A stretch of 63,697 bases of DNA, filler included, from Octopus bimaculoides (lineage: Eukaryota), in assembly GCF_001194135.2 (NCBI RefSeq). It is 5 parts of 5 records of this genome, joined end to end, with 100 filler letters (N's around TTAATTAATTAA, not from the genome) between each part and the next. Parts side by side here need not be neighbours in the genome. Positions count along the whole stretch, not along the records: positions 56,048 to 62,255 come from NW_026311683.1; positions 62,356 to 63,697 come from NC_069010.1; 3 more parts are not named here. One strand, given 5' to 3'. The notes under the pieces are model-generated. The model did not search any database. It saw nothing but the letters and a program-made list of their open reading frames with translations, and was not told the origin of the DNA. The stretch's first letter is position 1. Each line of letters begins with the position of its first letter. A program made the position numbers and the translations under genes. This document shows positions 60,898 through 63,697 of the stretch, piece after piece.

Positions 60898-60922
60898 TGT
60901 ATGTATGTATGTATGTATGTAT

Positions 60923-61372
60923 GTCATTCAGTTTTATTTCAAGATTTCTTTCCAATAAAGAACCGGTTTCTAACCGAGATCCAAGGTTCCTTCATTAGAA
61001 TTTCAACATCAACAACAAGGTATTATTGTTGGTATATATGTATGTATGCATGTATGTATGTATGTATGTATGTATGTTTCGTTTAATGTATGTATTCTTA
61101 CGTATGTAGTTGCATATCTAATGAAAATCATATATATTTAAATGAAAAATTTTTGGAAAGTTTTACAGATCTTTAGAGTTCCAGTTACAGATTTTTACAG
61201 TTTCAATGTATTGGATCCGTAGTCTAGGAATCAGCATTTTCCTTTCTGGTTTTCAGAAGCCTAATTTCTCAAGATTGGTATTTAGGCAGTGTGTTACATA
61301 TCCCTGGGCCCCAATAATTACAGGTATAAACCTGAATTTGTAATCTGGATAGAATAACTGCAAATTTCTAAA
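60923..61372 (-). mobile_element. R4/Dong-type 3' end (same family), flanked by (CATA)n on both sides
   Basis: LQLFYPDYKFRFIPVIIGA..NLEKLGF, and a 3' UTR matching 16015-16200 plus 17760-17830. Confidence 0.85.
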
Positions 61373-61407
61373 TATGTATATATGTATGTATGTGTGTATG
61401 TATGTAT

Positions 61408-61850
61408 AGTGGAGGCGTGTGGCTAAGATTGTGGTTTCGATTCCTGGAGCGGGTGATGAGTAGTATTCTTGAGGAAAACACTTCATTTCACGTTACCAGT
61501 AACATTGACTACTCCTGCAATGTACCGGCGTACCGTCCAGGAGGGGGTGAGTGCATACGCCACGAAATCCGGGAAACCGGCCCTTTGCGTGTGTATGACT
61601 CAGAAAGAATTTTTACCCTTTTTATGCACGTGGGTATGTGTGGAGATGTGTTTCTCCACCACAACCGCTTGACAACTGGTGTTAGCGAGTTTAAGTCCCA
61701 TTAACATACCAGTCCGGCAAATGAGACCGATAGAATAAGCTTTAAAAAGATATAAGCACTAAACCCAATACTTTCCATTGAAACCCTTCAAGATGGTGCC
61801 CCAGAATGGCTGCAGTGGAAAGACTGCAACAAGTAAACAAAAACAGTAAT
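61408..61850 (+). mobile_element. Composite SINE region: tRNA-like head with a V-domain-like core, followed by a family D tail
   Basis: GTTTCGATTCC head and TGCAATGTACCGGCGTACCGTCCAGG (resembles the V-SINE core TGCGATGGACTGGCG.CC.GTCCAGGG). The family D tail is at 61655-61850. Confidence 0.5.
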
Positions 61851-62355
61851 TTCATCGCAAGCTATTAAGACAGCATGCAATAAATGAGCGGTAAAATCTT
61901 CGTCATACTTTTTAACCACAAAATAAATACATCGTTAAACATTTACGATTTTATTCTCTGAGAAAATATATCATACTTCATTAACAATGAAAAAGATATT
62001 TGAAGACAGAAAGTTTTTCGTATCAAGTCTCCTCAGTATACACACACACACACACACACGCACACATATATAAATATATATATATATATATATGAAAGAA
62101 AAAAGTGTTAGTTTTTAAATTAAAATTAAACAACAAGCAGCGAAAAGAAGGAACGCATTTAAATTGGAAAAAGGAAAAAATATTCTGAAAGAAGAGCTAT
62201 GAGAAATGTTTCGCAAATCATCCCTCCCACCGCACAGAATAAGTATGTGTGTGTGNNNNNNNNNNNNNNNNNNNNNNNNNNNNNNNNNNNNNNNNNNNNT
62301 TAATTAATTAANNNNNNNNNNNNNNNNNNNNNNNNNNNNNNNNNNNNNNNNNNNN

Positions 62356-62702
62356 TGGCACTCTATTGCTTACGACGTCGAGGATTCCAGTTGATCCGAT
62401 CAACGGAACAGCCTGCTCGTGAAATTAACGTGCATGTAGCTGAGCACTCCACAGACACGTGTACCCTTAACGTAGTTCTCGGGGATATTCAGCGTGACAC
62501 AGAGTGTGACAAGGCTGACCCTTTGAATTACAGGCACAACAGAAACAGGAAGTAAGAGTGAGAGAAAGTTGTGGTGGAAGAGTACAGCAGGGTTCGCCAC
62601 CATCCCCTGCCGGAGCCTCGTGGAGCTTTTAGGTGTATTCGCACAATAAACACTCACAACGACCGATCTGGGAATCGAAACCGCGATCCTATGACCGCCT
62701 CC
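62356..62702 (-). mobile_element. SINE family A copy
   Basis: Reverse complement of 6940-7300 (TGGCACTC..GTTGATCCGATCAACGG..GGGAATCGAAACCGCGATCC). Confidence 0.9.
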
Positions 62703-63697
62703 ACTATGACTTTTATTATGAAGGCTTTAGGTTCCGTCTGCTTTATTGACTTTAGCCTTATTTATTTATTTATTTTTGTATTTCTGCTATTTCTGAAATA
62801 CTAAGATATCACTATACGATACTATATGCGTAGGTGTTTTCAGACGCGACTTAATGAGGGTGTTCGGTAAATAAAAATAAATGATTTCACCAGTATTTTA
62901 TGTTTCCTGAATGGAAATTCTAGAATTTTACTGTTGTCAATTCCGCTCAATTTATTCGCATTTCTTAAAAACCTATAGCATTGGATTCGATCCCGCGTGT
63001 TGCCACACACGAACTTCAAGCAACAGTTCAGTCATAATTTGATTATGTGCGCAAATCAAAATTTTATCCAATGAACTGCCTTTGTTCATGTGAACACCGC
63101 CAATGAATACAGTCAAATTAGCCGCTAACTTTGCAGAGTGTGGAGGCGTCGGATCCTTTATGAAGTTCTCAACACTCAACAGTTCAGAGTGTCTAGGCTC
63201 GAGTTTTGCACTACCGGCGAAGAAGACATATCACGGCATCTAAACAGTTACTTGGTACATAGCAAAAACTAACCCTTGTGTTGAGTTGCTGACAGAGACT
63301 ATCCCTATGTGTCATACGATGCTGTTTCATTTTGTTTCCATTAATTGTACTGTATAAAAACCTTTCCTATTAATGCAACGAATAAATTGTCCCCAACACA
63401 TACGAGGGTGAACGGACGTGTTTTTGGTGAGTGGAATATTTTGTTGTTGTTGTTGTCGTTGTTGAAATTATTGCTAACGTGTCGAACATTTTCGAATTGG
63501 CGAAAATTGTTAGATTTTAAACTGTTGACATTATTTGTGCTTTTGCCCGGTGACGGCAGAAAGGAATTGTCTGTGTTAAGCCATTTTGGCAGCATTGTGT
63601 GCTAAAAATTGAACATTTTAAAGCCATTGTAGGCTTATCGTTGCCCTACTACTACTCCCAGCACTCTATCTGTGGCACCCGCTCCAAAACAAGACGC

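Noticed and set aside
62973-63605. Two short minus-strand ORFs at the window end
   Set aside because: They have no recognisable domain, and stops separate them. The evidence is insufficient without a search.

Overview
This is an AT-rich, gap-ridden stretch of eukaryotic (animal) genomic DNA. It is most likely an Octopus assembly, inferred from the SINE/LINE repertoire and microsatellite load. It is dominated by decayed transposable elements: Penelope-like retroelements (three copies of one family plus a Neptune-like fragment), Gypsy fragments, R4/Dong-, RTE-, CR1-, Tx1- and CRE-type LINEs, mariner/Tc1/Tigger elements, MITEs, a short Helitron and several tRNA-derived SINE families. No intact protein-coding gene is visible. 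There is one plausible first coding exon of an SLC45-like transporter on the minus strand (50460-50562) and two candidate Pol II promoters. The most notable signal is a set of hammerhead ribozyme (HHR) motifs in small non-coding mobile units. These comprise a 429-bp tandem retrozyme-like repeat with a complete minimal type I HHR (29501-29560), a dispersed HHR-bearing family (34.6, 45.0 and 55.9 kb), a tRNA-headed SINE-like element ending in an HHR (44.5-44.7 kb), two decayed HHRs, and a candidate HHR whose three strands are in a non-circularly permuted (pseudoknotted) order (36163-36236). All calls were made by eye; no searches or folding programs were run, so family names are inferences from remembered motifs.
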